A DNA stretch of 64,000 nt from a virus, in the IMG/VR virus record IMGVR_UViG_3300046616_000188; one strand, written 5' to 3'. Of the stretch, positions 18,628-26,552 are shown piece by piece. The position numbers and the translations under genes were made by a program. Positions within the stretch are counted from its first letter, which is position 1; each line of letters starts with the position of its first letter. The notes under the pieces are model-generated. The model worked only from the letters and a program-made list of their open reading frames with translations. It was not told where the DNA came from and ran no database searches.

Positions 18628-18634
18628 ATTTTAA

Positions 18635-19213
18635 ATGGCCAAACTTCATTTTTTCTACAGCGTTATGAATGCTGGTAAATCCACTGCCCTGCTCCAAGCC
18701 GCACATAATTATGAAACTAAGGGTTGGAATGTATTATGTTTCACTTCAGCCCTTGACATTCGCGACAAAGTAGGATACATCAGTAGCAGGGTGGGAATTA
18801 AGAGAGAAGCTGTAGCTATGACAAGCGACTCTTATTTTAGCAATCATGTCTCACCTTTCGAACTTGGACGAAAGAGAACTGTTTGGTTCGTAGATGAAGT
18901 CCAATTTCTTGATTCTGAACAAATCGATGAACTTGCTCAAATCGTTGATCACTTTAAAATCCCCGTTCTCTGCTACGGGCTAAAGAATAATTCAAACGGC
19001 GAGCTATTTGGTCCTGCCATTATCAGGCTTCTCGCCCTCGCTGATCAAATTAAAGAATTAAAAACTGTGTGCCATTGTGGCGCAAAGGCAACTCAAATTT
19101 TAAGACGACGTAACGGCGTAGCTACAATCACTTCAGATATTGTCGAAGTGGGAGATAGTGAATATGAATCTGTTTGTCGTACCCATTGGAAAGAAGCATT
19201 TTATGAACACTGA
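18635..19213 (+). CDS. tdk: Thymidine kinase
   Basis: SVMNAGKST, DEVQFL, YGL, CHCG and YESVCRTH zinc motifs. Confidence 0.9.
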   Translation: MAKLHFFYSVMNAGKSTALLQAAHNYETKGWNVLCFTSALDIRDKVGYISSRVGIKREAVAMTSDSYFSNHVSPFELGRKRTVWFVDEVQFLDSEQIDELAQIVDHFKIPVLCYGLKNNSNGELFGPAIIRLLALADQIKELKTVCHCGAKATQILRRRNGVATITSDIVEVGDSEYESVCRTHWKEAFYEH

Positions 19214-19529
19214 AACTGATAAGAAAGAACTCGCCGTAGCATCCATCGTTGCAATTATTCTACTACCATTTCTTTTCTGCCTCAATGCTTATACCCTAGC
19301 TTATCTCTGGCTCTGGTTCGTTGTCCCTCTCGGCGTACCAGCGATTGGCATGGCGCACGCCCTAGGCATTCTCTGCCTCAAAGGGTTTCTAACCTCACAT
19401 CTCGCCACGTTTAAGCATGACGAAGAAGATGTGACTAAATCAAAGCTAATGTGGACCAAGACAGCTAGAAATATCGGTGTCCCTTTTGCTTGCCTAGCTT
19501 TTGGGTATATTTACCACAGCTTTATGTGA
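19203..19529 (+). CDS. Hypothetical membrane protein
   Basis: Several hydrophobic segments. Confidence 0.6.
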   Translation: MNTETDKKELAVASIVAIILLPFLFCLNAYTLAYLWLWFVVPLGVPAIGMAHALGILCLKGFLTSHLATFKHDEEDVTKSKLMWTKTARNIGVPFACLAFGYIYHSFM

Positions 19530-19545
19530 TTGGAATTTTTTTAAA

Positions 19546-20064
19546 ATGGGTTATATTACAACATTTACGGGGATTGATTTTAATCCCCTAAAATTTACTG
19601 AAGATGATTTTGATATTGAAGATATTGCCCACGCCCTCTCGATGAATTGCAGATGGGCCGGTCATTGTAGCGCTTTCTACAGCGTGGCACAGCACAGCGT
19701 TTATGTGAGCCGCTTCATGCAGAAGTTTCAGATGCACGGCCTGATTCATGACGGCAGCGAAGCTTATGGCTCAGACATGCCAACACCGTTCAAAAATATT
19801 CTTCCCGATTTTAGGAAATTGGAAGATAATATCCAGAACAAGATTTATAAAAAGTTCTTGGGTCGGATTCCTACCGATGAAGAACATAGTTATTTAAAGA
19901 TTTATGATCGTCTACTCCTTGACTTTGAAGGCACAACGTTTATTAAGCATTGGGCCGCAAGGATCGACACTTCTATCATCAAGCAAGTGGATGAGAAGTT
20001 CCACCCTTGGACACCGAGTGAAGCTAAGGAAGAATTTCTCAAAGAATTCAGAAAATTAGTGTAA
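19546..20064 (+). CDS. HD-domain 5'-deoxynucleotidase-like protein (YfbR/YfdR type)
   Basis: DIAHALS..CRWAGH, YSVAQHS, LIHDGSEAY. Confidence 0.85.
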   Translation: MGYITTFTGIDFNPLKFTEDDFDIEDIAHALSMNCRWAGHCSAFYSVAQHSVYVSRFMQKFQMHGLIHDGSEAYGSDMPTPFKNILPDFRKLEDNIQNKIYKKFLGRIPTDEEHSYLKIYDRLLLDFEGTTFIKHWAARIDTSIIKQVDEKFHPWTPSEAKEEFLKEFRKLV

Positions 20065-20087
20065 TAAAAATACTGGAAATTAGTGTA

Positions 20088-21365
20088 ATGGATATTACTG
20101 CAATTACTACTGTAGCGGAGTCGCAGTTCCATACTTGGCTACAGGCTCAGTTGCATAACGACTTCCTCGTGGCAGGTATCGGCACTGTTGCCCTTTCAGG
20201 GATTATGTATGCCCTCAAAAGCATTCCCGGTAAGATTTGGAACGCCCTTTATCACAGATCGACTATCACGATCAACGTCTTCAGTGATAACGAGAATTTC
20301 GTTGATGTGGTGACAGAATTCAATCGCCACACCATCAACTTCCTTTCCCGTCAAAACATCCTAGACGGCGATAAAATGAGTGTGGGCCTCGGCACTTCTT
20401 GGACCCGATTCAGAGGGCATCTGGTAAAGATTAACCGCCAGAAGGAAAAGTCTGATAGCAAGGATTTCAAGCAAGACTTGACCGTGACGCATTTCTTTTC
20501 CTCAAAGAAAAAGGTATTAAAGCTTTATGAAGATTTCTTTGAAGAGAAGAAGGCGAAGAAGAAAGACAGCATCAAAATCTACTCCTTGACCAAGGATTGG
20601 GTGCAGCATCTGAAAGATATGCCGAAGCGGAGCCGCGAAGGCGTCTTCATCTCTCCAGACGTTCTTGAGCACATTGAAAAAAGAATTAAGTTCTTTCAAA
20701 ATAATAGAGCTTGGTATGAGGATCGCGGCATCCCTTATAAGTATGCAATTCTTCTGCACGGTGTTCCCGGAACTGGTAAAACAACATTAGCGAAATATAT
20801 TGCATCTATTACGAACCGGCACGTAGTAATGGTAAGCCCGACACGACTCCCCGGTCTGGCGTTAGCGCTAAACGGCATTTATGATCCAGACGACAGGCAG
20901 GAACGAGCTTCTTATCTAGGGATTATGGAAGATATTGACACAGATAACATCACAGCTAAACGGAGTGAAGCACCAGATGATGCCGATGACGATGGTGAAG
21001 TGATCGTTGGAAACGATGGCGAAAAGTTCAGCCTGATTACCCTTGCCGATCTCCTGAACGCTATCGATGGGATAAATTCGCCTGAGAATTTCATTCTGGT
21101 CGCAACCACTAATCACTTAGGAAAGCTCGATCCTGCGTTGTTCAGGAAGGGTCGCTTCGATGATGTGATTGAAATTAAACCTCTCGAAACACCTGAGATT
21201 ATCCGCATGGTTAAATTCTTCTTCGAAAGACAAGATGCCAAAGGATTTGCCAAGGAGTATGAGCCGATCCCCGGCGCTGTGTTGCAAGATATTATTCTTC
21301 AATATTATGACGACGGTATTGAAAAGACAATAGAGGTTTTGAATGAAAAATTTAGCAGAGTTTGA
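20088..21365 (+). CDS. BCS1-like membrane-anchored AAA+ ATPase
   Basis: N-terminal TM, GIPYK..LLHGVPGTGKT, EDID, LLNAIDG, TTNH..LDPALFRKGRFD. Confidence 0.8.
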   Translation: MDITAITTVAESQFHTWLQAQLHNDFLVAGIGTVALSGIMYALKSIPGKIWNALYHRSTITINVFSDNENFVDVVTEFNRHTINFLSRQNILDGDKMSVGLGTSWTRFRGHLVKINRQKEKSDSKDFKQDLTVTHFFSSKKKVLKLYEDFFEEKKAKKKDSIKIYSLTKDWVQHLKDMPKRSREGVFISPDVLEHIEKRIKFFQNNRAWYEDRGIPYKYAILLHGVPGTGKTTLAKYIASITNRHVVMVSPTRLPGLALALNGIYDPDDRQERASYLGIMEDIDTDNITAKRSEAPDDADDDGEVIVGNDGEKFSLITLADLLNAIDGINSPENFILVATTNHLGKLDPALFRKGRFDDVIEIKPLETPEIIRMVKFFFERQDAKGFAKEYEPIPGAVLQDIILQYYDDGIEKTIEVLNEKFSRV

Positions 21366-22116
21366 TTATCTTAAGGCTCTTGAAAAATCTTATGAAGATT
21401 ACGTCCCTGACCATTTTTATATGATCGCTCGACTGGATGGACATGCGTTTCACACATTCACCAGAGGTTTGAAACGTCCGTTCGATCAGACCCTGCGTGA
21501 AACCATGGCTGATGTTACCAAGAGCTTGATGGAAAAGTTTGGCGCGACAGAGGCGTTTACCCAATCAGATGAAATCACTTTGATTTGGAAGCCCCGCATG
21601 AATCGCAACGAGACAGCCTTGGTGCCGCATCCGCATAAGGGACGTGTGGCCAAACTGTGCTCCCTAATGTCGAGCCATTGCAGCGTTGAATTTTATAAAT
21701 TAATTCATCAGTACCATGACGGTAGATATGACGGTTTTGATTGCCGCATTTATGGCGGCTCTGAAAAGACCGCAACTGATTCACTTCGGTTCAGGTTCAT
21801 TGATGCTGCATGCAACGCGTATCAGCAAGTGGCTCAATCAATCTGGTCACCTAAACGACTTCACGGCATGTCGGTCCAAGACATTAAAACCGCGCTGCGT
21901 GAAGAGGTTTTGATAAATCCTTTTGAAGCATATGGCGATGACGCTATGCTCGGAGTGTGGTTCTATAAGGAAGATATCACAACGACTAGCTCGCCCATGG
22001 AACTTTGGGGTAAAGAAGCGGTGATGATCCAAAGGACTGGAAGGCAAAGGATCGTCCGATCCAACGGCGCAGAAATGATGAAGAGGATTAAAGAGAATGC
22101 TTTATTGGAGAGTTGA
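21343..22116 (+). CDS. tRNA(His) guanylyltransferase Thg1-like protein
   Basis: RLDGHAFHTFT, QSDEITL, GRVAKLCS, FDCR. Confidence 0.85.
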   Translation: MKNLAEFDYLKALEKSYEDYVPDHFYMIARLDGHAFHTFTRGLKRPFDQTLRETMADVTKSLMEKFGATEAFTQSDEITLIWKPRMNRNETALVPHPHKGRVAKLCSLMSSHCSVEFYKLIHQYHDGRYDGFDCRIYGGSEKTATDSLRFRFIDAACNAYQQVAQSIWSPKRLHGMSVQDIKTALREEVLINPFEAYGDDAMLGVWFYKEDITTTSSPMELWGKEAVMIQRTGRQRIVRSNGAEMMKRIKENALLES

Positions 22117-22303
22117 ATTAAACGATATTAGCTTTACCGAAGATATGCTTTTCAAGTCTGAAGAGGCGGCTTACGCCTATCTCTCGGAGCAATCTGAGGT
22201 TCAACAATACATGGAAGAAATGGAATACGCTAGCGTTGAGGAAATTTTTGCCGATGGCAACATGATCCTCTTGGATATGTACCTTCACGATCCTGCTGAA
22301 TGA
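22097..22303 (+). CDS. Hypothetical protein
   Basis: Acidic 68-aa ORF. Confidence 0.5.
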   Translation: MLYWRVELNDISFTEDMLFKSEEAAYAYLSEQSEVQQYMEEMEYASVEEIFADGNMILLDMYLHDPAE

Positions 22304-22308
22304 TTTTA

Positions 22309-22374
22309 GACCCTCCCCAAATTAATTTAAATTGGGGAAGGTCCCTTGACTTTTTAATTTTTATATGATACACA
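22309..22374 (+). promoter_or_regulatory. Hairpin followed by sigma70-like promoter
   Basis: GACCCTCCCCAA/TTGGGGAAGGTC hairpin, then CTTGACT-N17-(TGa)TACACA. Confidence 0.55.
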
Positions 22375-22416
22375 TTGATCTAGATTTAAACCTTTAAAAG
22401 TAGAAAAACAAAAAGA

Positions 22417-24000
22417 ATGAATTTATCTGATAAGGAAATTTTTACTGCCATTAAAAAGTATGGCAGTGCCCGTAAAGCAGCACAAGCCCTTGGCATTCCT
22501 AAGTCAACTTTCTCAGACGCGGTGCGGCGTACCCGCTCTGGCCAGATTACCGAGACTAAAGTTATTAAGCCGGTAATCCTCAAAGCCCCTAAGAAAAAAG
22601 GTGCGGTAAAGCGCTACATCCTGACCAGCGTTCAAGACGGAACAAAGATTCACCCGTTCTTCAATGTTCTAAAAGTTTACGCCGAATATCTAGATGCGGA
22701 AATTATGGTGTCGGGTTACACCTATAACAAGTCTCTGTTTCAGGAGCATAGCAAGCACAAAGTTGTGTTCCCCGCTGAAGTCCTGCCATATCTCACAAAT
22801 GATCGCGTCTTGCTCGGTGACAAGGTTGTATTTTGCGGTGAGATGAATATCCTACCCACGGCAAGTGATCCACTGCTAGGCCTTAAGACGTACACAGAAA
22901 ATAAATGGGGAATCATTCCGCACGCCAAGATCAGACTTGAATCCGTGCCTATGATGAAGGGCGATCCGGCTAAGATCGTCATGACCACTGGCACAATCTC
23001 TAAGCCTAATTATGTGCAGAAGCGCGCCGGATTGATTGCTGAATTCCATCACACCTACGGCGCTGTTTTGGTTGAAGTTTGTGCCAACGGCGAATTCTTC
23101 TGTCGCCACCTCATGGGCGAAGACGACACCGGCAATTTCTATGATCTAACCAGATACGTCACGGCAGAAGGAGTTGTAGAAGGTAACCGAGTCGCAGCTA
23201 TAGGTTGGGGCGACATTCACTACGAAAAACTTGACGAAACAGCCGCTATTGCCGCGCTCGGTTACTCACCTCTAATGAAGAGTAATGTCGTCAGCGATTC
23301 TCTCTTGGACATCTTGAAACCGTATCATCAGTTCTTTCACGATACTATCGACTTTCGCTCCCGAAACCACCACTCTATCAACGATCCACATTTCCGGTTT
23401 GAGATGTGGGTAAATAATACTGAGAGCGTGGAGCACGATCTTACGAACGCGGCGCTGTTCCTCAGTAAGACTAAGCGTGACTGGTGTACGAGTGTTATCA
23501 TTGAATCTAATCACGATACCGCCCTATCTAAATGGTTGAAGACCGGTGATTACAGGCAAGACCCTGTAAACGCTATACTTTTTCTCGAAACGCAACTCGG
23601 GAAATACAAAGCCATCCGTGACGGCGATGCGAAGTATAACATTTTTTGGGAAGCGATCAAGCGCTACAGTCCTGATAATGCGCAAGGCCTTGTTTTCGTT
23701 CCAGAAGATAGCTCGTATCAGGTCTGTGGCATCGAAATGGGGATGCACGGCCACCTCGGAGCCAATGGGGCTCGCCCCTCGCCTCGCTCCTTCTCTCGCA
23801 TGGGAACGAAGGCTAACACGGCTCATGCTCACAGTGCCTCTATCTTCGACGGGATTTGGACCCAAGGCGTGATGGGCAAGCTCGATATGGGTTATAACAA
23901 GGGCCTAAGCTCTTGGAGCCCGACTCACACCATAACTCATCTCAACGCTAAGAGGCAAATGTTGACCATGAGCCCTAGCGGTAGATTTTATGCAGAATGA
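22417..24000 (+). CDS. HTH plus metallophosphoesterase-like protein, probably T5 A1-like nuclease
   Basis: N-terminal HTH (SARKAAQALGIPKSTFSD); GDIH, SNHD, MHGH, HAH metal motifs; 527 aa. Confidence 0.55.
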   Translation: MNLSDKEIFTAIKKYGSARKAAQALGIPKSTFSDAVRRTRSGQITETKVIKPVILKAPKKKGAVKRYILTSVQDGTKIHPFFNVLKVYAEYLDAEIMVSGYTYNKSLFQEHSKHKVVFPAEVLPYLTNDRVLLGDKVVFCGEMNILPTASDPLLGLKTYTENKWGIIPHAKIRLESVPMMKGDPAKIVMTTGTISKPNYVQKRAGLIAEFHHTYGAVLVEVCANGEFFCRHLMGEDDTGNFYDLTRYVTAEGVVEGNRVAAIGWGDIHYEKLDETAAIAALGYSPLMKSNVVSDSLLDILKPYHQFFHDTIDFRSRNHHSINDPHFRFEMWVNNTESVEHDLTNAALFLSKTKRDWCTSVIIESNHDTALSKWLKTGDYRQDPVNAILFLETQLGKYKAIRDGDAKYNIFWEAIKRYSPDNAQGLVFVPEDSSYQVCGIEMGMHGHLGANGARPSPRSFSRMGTKANTAHAHSASIFDGIWTQGVMGKLDMGYNKGLSSWSPTHTITHLNAKRQMLTMSPSGRFYAE

Positions 24001-24020
24001 ATTTTAAAAGGAATTTTTAA

Positions 24021-24455
24021 TTGACCAATAAATTACTTTATAAAAAGGGTTACCTTATCCGTGTCACGTCGTGGGAAAACGACGCGGACAACTATAAGAC
24101 TGCCGAAATGCATCTCCCTACCGAAGAAGGCATGAAACAAGCCGTCGAATTTGCCAAGCTGTTTGAAGAGTCATTTCATGGTGGCGGTATCGGCAATATT
24201 CACGGCGATTATCATAGCGAAGAAATCGCCGGGGCTCTTGAAACTTTACAAAAGTTCTATGAGAAGTATCCAAACTTCTTCGATGAGACACCTGAAAATC
24301 CAGAATACGTCACTGATTGGCTCATGGAAGTTGCTCACGATCTAGGCCTATCTGGCGGTGAATGGTTTACCAGAGTCTGCGACAAGATCGAAGTGTATCG
24401 TTTCGACCAAGATGTTTATTGTGAGGATTTGTCCAGAGAATTTAATAATGGGTGA
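24021..24455 (+). CDS. Hypothetical protein
   Basis: 144-aa ORF, AAGGA RBS. Confidence 0.6.
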   Translation: MTNKLLYKKGYLIRVTSWENDADNYKTAEMHLPTEEGMKQAVEFAKLFEESFHGGGIGNIHGDYHSEEIAGALETLQKFYEKYPNFFDETPENPEYVTDWLMEVAHDLGLSGGEWFTRVCDKIEVYRFDQDVYCEDLSREFNNG

Positions 24456-24669
24456 ACGCAACGGCGATCCGGCGAAGCAGCCTCCAGAATGTAAACCAGT
24501 CTTCACGCCGTTCTCTGCTGAATTCCCTAAGTCTATTTGGGACGTTGGCTATGGGAAGTGGTCAACTTGCCCCAACCTGTATGAATCGGGCGGCGACATG
24601 GAGACTGAGGTTTATAACTGTGACGTTTGCGGAAAATATTACACTCTTTATTACGAAGATATGAAATAA
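24448..24669 (+). CDS. Small zinc-ribbon-like protein
   Basis: CP...CDVCGK. Confidence 0.5.
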   Translation: MGERNGDPAKQPPECKPVFTPFSAEFPKSIWDVGYGKWSTCPNLYESGGDMETEVYNCDVCGKYYTLYYEDMK

Positions 24670-24674
24670 AAAGA

Positions 24675-24697
24675 GGCGCGGACCATTGATCCGCGCC
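24675..24697. terminator. Hairpin between convergent genes
   Basis: GGCGCGGA-N7-TCCGCGCC flanked by A-rich tracts. Confidence 0.6.
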
Positions 24698-24705
24698 CGC
24701 CAAAA

Positions 24706-25044
24706 TTAAAATTCGTCTTCGATTTCGGATTCCTTCAGATCGTAAATTCTGTCGGAGACTTCATAGCCATGGATAAGGTCAAGTAAGATGTTCCGTCCCT
24801 CGAAAACTGCTTCGAAGTCGCTTTTTGTGAAGACGATGTCTGGAAGCTTTTCCATCCGCTCGGCGTAGAGTGTGCCCATCTCATCAACGTAAGCATCTTC
24901 AGAGACTGCCCGAAGATTGATCGTGATTTTATCAAGGCGCAAACTGCCAAAATTTTTCTGCCAGTTACGCAAGGCTTCCTCAACACCTTTAGCCTTACCC
25001 CAAGAGTGATAGCCAACGGCCATGACATGAGTGAGTTTTTTCAT
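24706..25044 (-). CDS. Hypothetical protein, lone reverse-strand gene
   Basis: AAGGAG RBS, own promoter and terminator. Confidence 0.7.
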   Translation of the reverse strand: MKKLTHVMAVGYHSWGKAKGVEEALRNWQKNFGSLRLDKITINLRAVSEDAYVDEMGTLYAERMEKLPDIVFTKSDFEAVFEGRNILLDLIHGYEVSDRIYDLKESEIEDEF

Positions 25045-25067
25045 TTGTGTCTCCTTATTTGAAATAA

Positions 25068-25109
25068 CCTTACAATCACCAATGTAAGGAAACTAAACGA
25101 ATTTGTCAA
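25068..25109 (-). promoter_or_regulatory. sigma70-like promoter with overlapping palindrome
   Basis: TTGACA-N17-TACATT on - strand; CCTTACA-N8-TGTAAGG overlaps the -10. Confidence 0.6.
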
Positions 25110-25127
25110 CACTAGGAAAACAAAATT

Positions 25128-25328
25128 ATGAAAATTATCGGGAAAAATAAGTACGGAAGAGCTAAGGTTGCTGATATTTTAATCGCTGAAAACGTCGATC
25201 CCACTTACGCTTGGACCATGGCTGATCACCTGAACGGACAAAACTACATCGGGCAAGACAGCGAAACTTTTTTTAATGTTGAAAGAGATGATTACGTCCT
25301 CTGGTCCGGTGAAAAAATAATTAAATGA
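25128..25328 (+). CDS. Hypothetical protein
   Basis: 66-aa ORF. Confidence 0.5.
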   Translation: MKIIGKNKYGRAKVADILIAENVDPTYAWTMADHLNGQNYIGQDSETFFNVERDDYVLWSGEKIIK

Positions 25329-25786
25329 CTTTACAAATTAAAAAATATGTGTTAGGGTTTGCATTCTGGCGTGATCAAGTCGCTCTGATTTATAAAACCA
25401 AAGGTCCTGAATATGTCATCGGGACATGGAACGGGATCGGCGGCAAAATCGAAGATACTGACCTAAGTATTTATCACGCCATGTCCAGAGAATTTTTGGA
25501 AGAAACCGGCGTACCCATCATCCCCGGTCTGTGGCAGCATTTCGCCACGCAGTCTGGCCTGTCATGGGACGCGGTTGGTTACGAGCTTAATTGCTTTCGT
25601 ATCTTCCTAAATCCTGATCAGGAATTTTTCTATCACATTGTGAATACAGAAGGCGACGGAGAAGAAGTGGCTTGGTGGGATTATCGTGACGTAAACTTTG
25701 ACAAATTCTGTACCCCAAATCTTCAATGGATCATCCCTCTCGCTCTGGATAAGACAACGGGCTTTTTGGAGATTAACGAACGGTGA
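25325..25786 (+). CDS. NUDIX hydrolase
   Basis: Nudix box GGKIE...AMSREFLEETG. Confidence 0.9.
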   Translation: MTLQIKKYVLGFAFWRDQVALIYKTKGPEYVIGTWNGIGGKIEDTDLSIYHAMSREFLEETGVPIIPGLWQHFATQSGLSWDAVGYELNCFRIFLNPDQEFFYHIVNTEGDGEEVAWWDYRDVNFDKFCTPNLQWIIPLALDKTTGFLEINER

Positions 25787-25962
25787 AAGTTTTTGCGCTA
25801 GAACTGGAATACGAGGATGCTACCGGCGAACCTCATTTTGAACTTCGCGGTATTTTTAAAACTTACGATGATGCGTATTGGCATTATGAATGGCACGTCT
25901 CAGACGCCGATAAAGCTAATTACATCGGTTACAACATAACAAAATGGGAACTAAAAATCTAA
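25783..25962 (+). CDS. Small hypothetical protein (59 aa, GTG start)
   Basis: Read by hand: VKVFALELEYED...WELKI*, coupled at both ends. Confidence 0.5.
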   Translation: MKVFALELEYEDATGEPHFELRGIFKTYDDAYWHYEWHVSDADKANYIGYNITKWELKI

Positions 25963-26237
25963 TGTATTCAATTAGATACCTCCTCAAAAAAGACGGCTCA
26001 CAGATCGCGTTCTGGAATTACAATGCCAGTGACAACCTGTCCAAAGCACTTGAACTGGCTTACAAATTCGGAACAGTGAATAACAATACGGTTATTTCGA
26101 ATTCTGGCTGGATCAAGGAAGATGTGAATTTTTATAGAATGAAAATTACCTACGCCGCTACTCTTCCCGACGATACTAATTTCTCATTGCACATCTCTGT
26201 GTCCCTCACCAGTGAGACGCATAAATCAAATGTCTAA
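25962..26237 (+). CDS. Hypothetical protein
   Basis: TAATG-coupled ORF. Confidence 0.55.
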   Translation: MYSIRYLLKKDGSQIAFWNYNASDNLSKALELAYKFGTVNNNTVISNSGWIKEDVNFYRMKITYAATLPDDTNFSLHISVSLTSETHKSNV

Positions 26238-26362
26238 TGTCAAAGGTTCACAATAAGTATCACAACACCGCCCCTAACGGGGCCGTATATTGCGGTCGTG
26301 GCTCAGCGTATGGAAACCCTTTCATCATCGGAAAAGATGGTGATCGTGACACGGTATGCGAC

Positions 26363-26392
26363 AACCTTCTTCAAATTGATTTGAAGAAGGTT
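26363..26392. repeat. Perfect inverted repeat insertion 1
   Basis: AACCTTCTTCAAAT-TG-ATTTGAAGAAGGTT; removing 29 nt restores GAC AAA TTT GAA. Confidence 0.8.
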
Positions 26393-26457
26393 AATTTGAA
26401 ACTTTAATTCTTCCTACTCTCGATGTATCAGATTTGAAAGGTAAAGATTTGGTTTGC

Positions 26458-26493
26458 TTAGTCGTGAAAACAATTAAATTGTTTTTACAACAA
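26458..26493. repeat. Imperfect inverted repeat insertion 2
   Basis: GTCGTGAAAACAATT-A-AATTGTTTTTACAAC inside the expected CxC motif; net +32 nt. Confidence 0.7.
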
Positions 26494-26552
26494 GCAAGCC
26501 GAAACGTTGCCACTGTGATGCTATTCTATTAAAAGCTAATAAAGAAGAAAAA

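Larger units (their letters stand above)
26237..26552 (+). pseudogene. DUF4326-family gene disrupted by two palindromic insertions
   Basis: Three frames give MSKVHNKYH...YCGRGSAYGNPF...DTVCD / FETLILPTLDVSDLKGKDLVC / KPKRCHCDAILLKAN. Confidence 0.8.

Noticed and set aside
20053-20089. 13-bp direct repeat AAATTAGTGTAAT between the HD and AAA genes
   Set aside because: Best explained as a small duplication of a TAATG junction; no evidence of function
26402-26412. CTT TAA TT CTT as a stop-hop that could bypass the first palindrome
   Set aside because: Matching codons this close arise easily, and the second insertion has no equivalent signal
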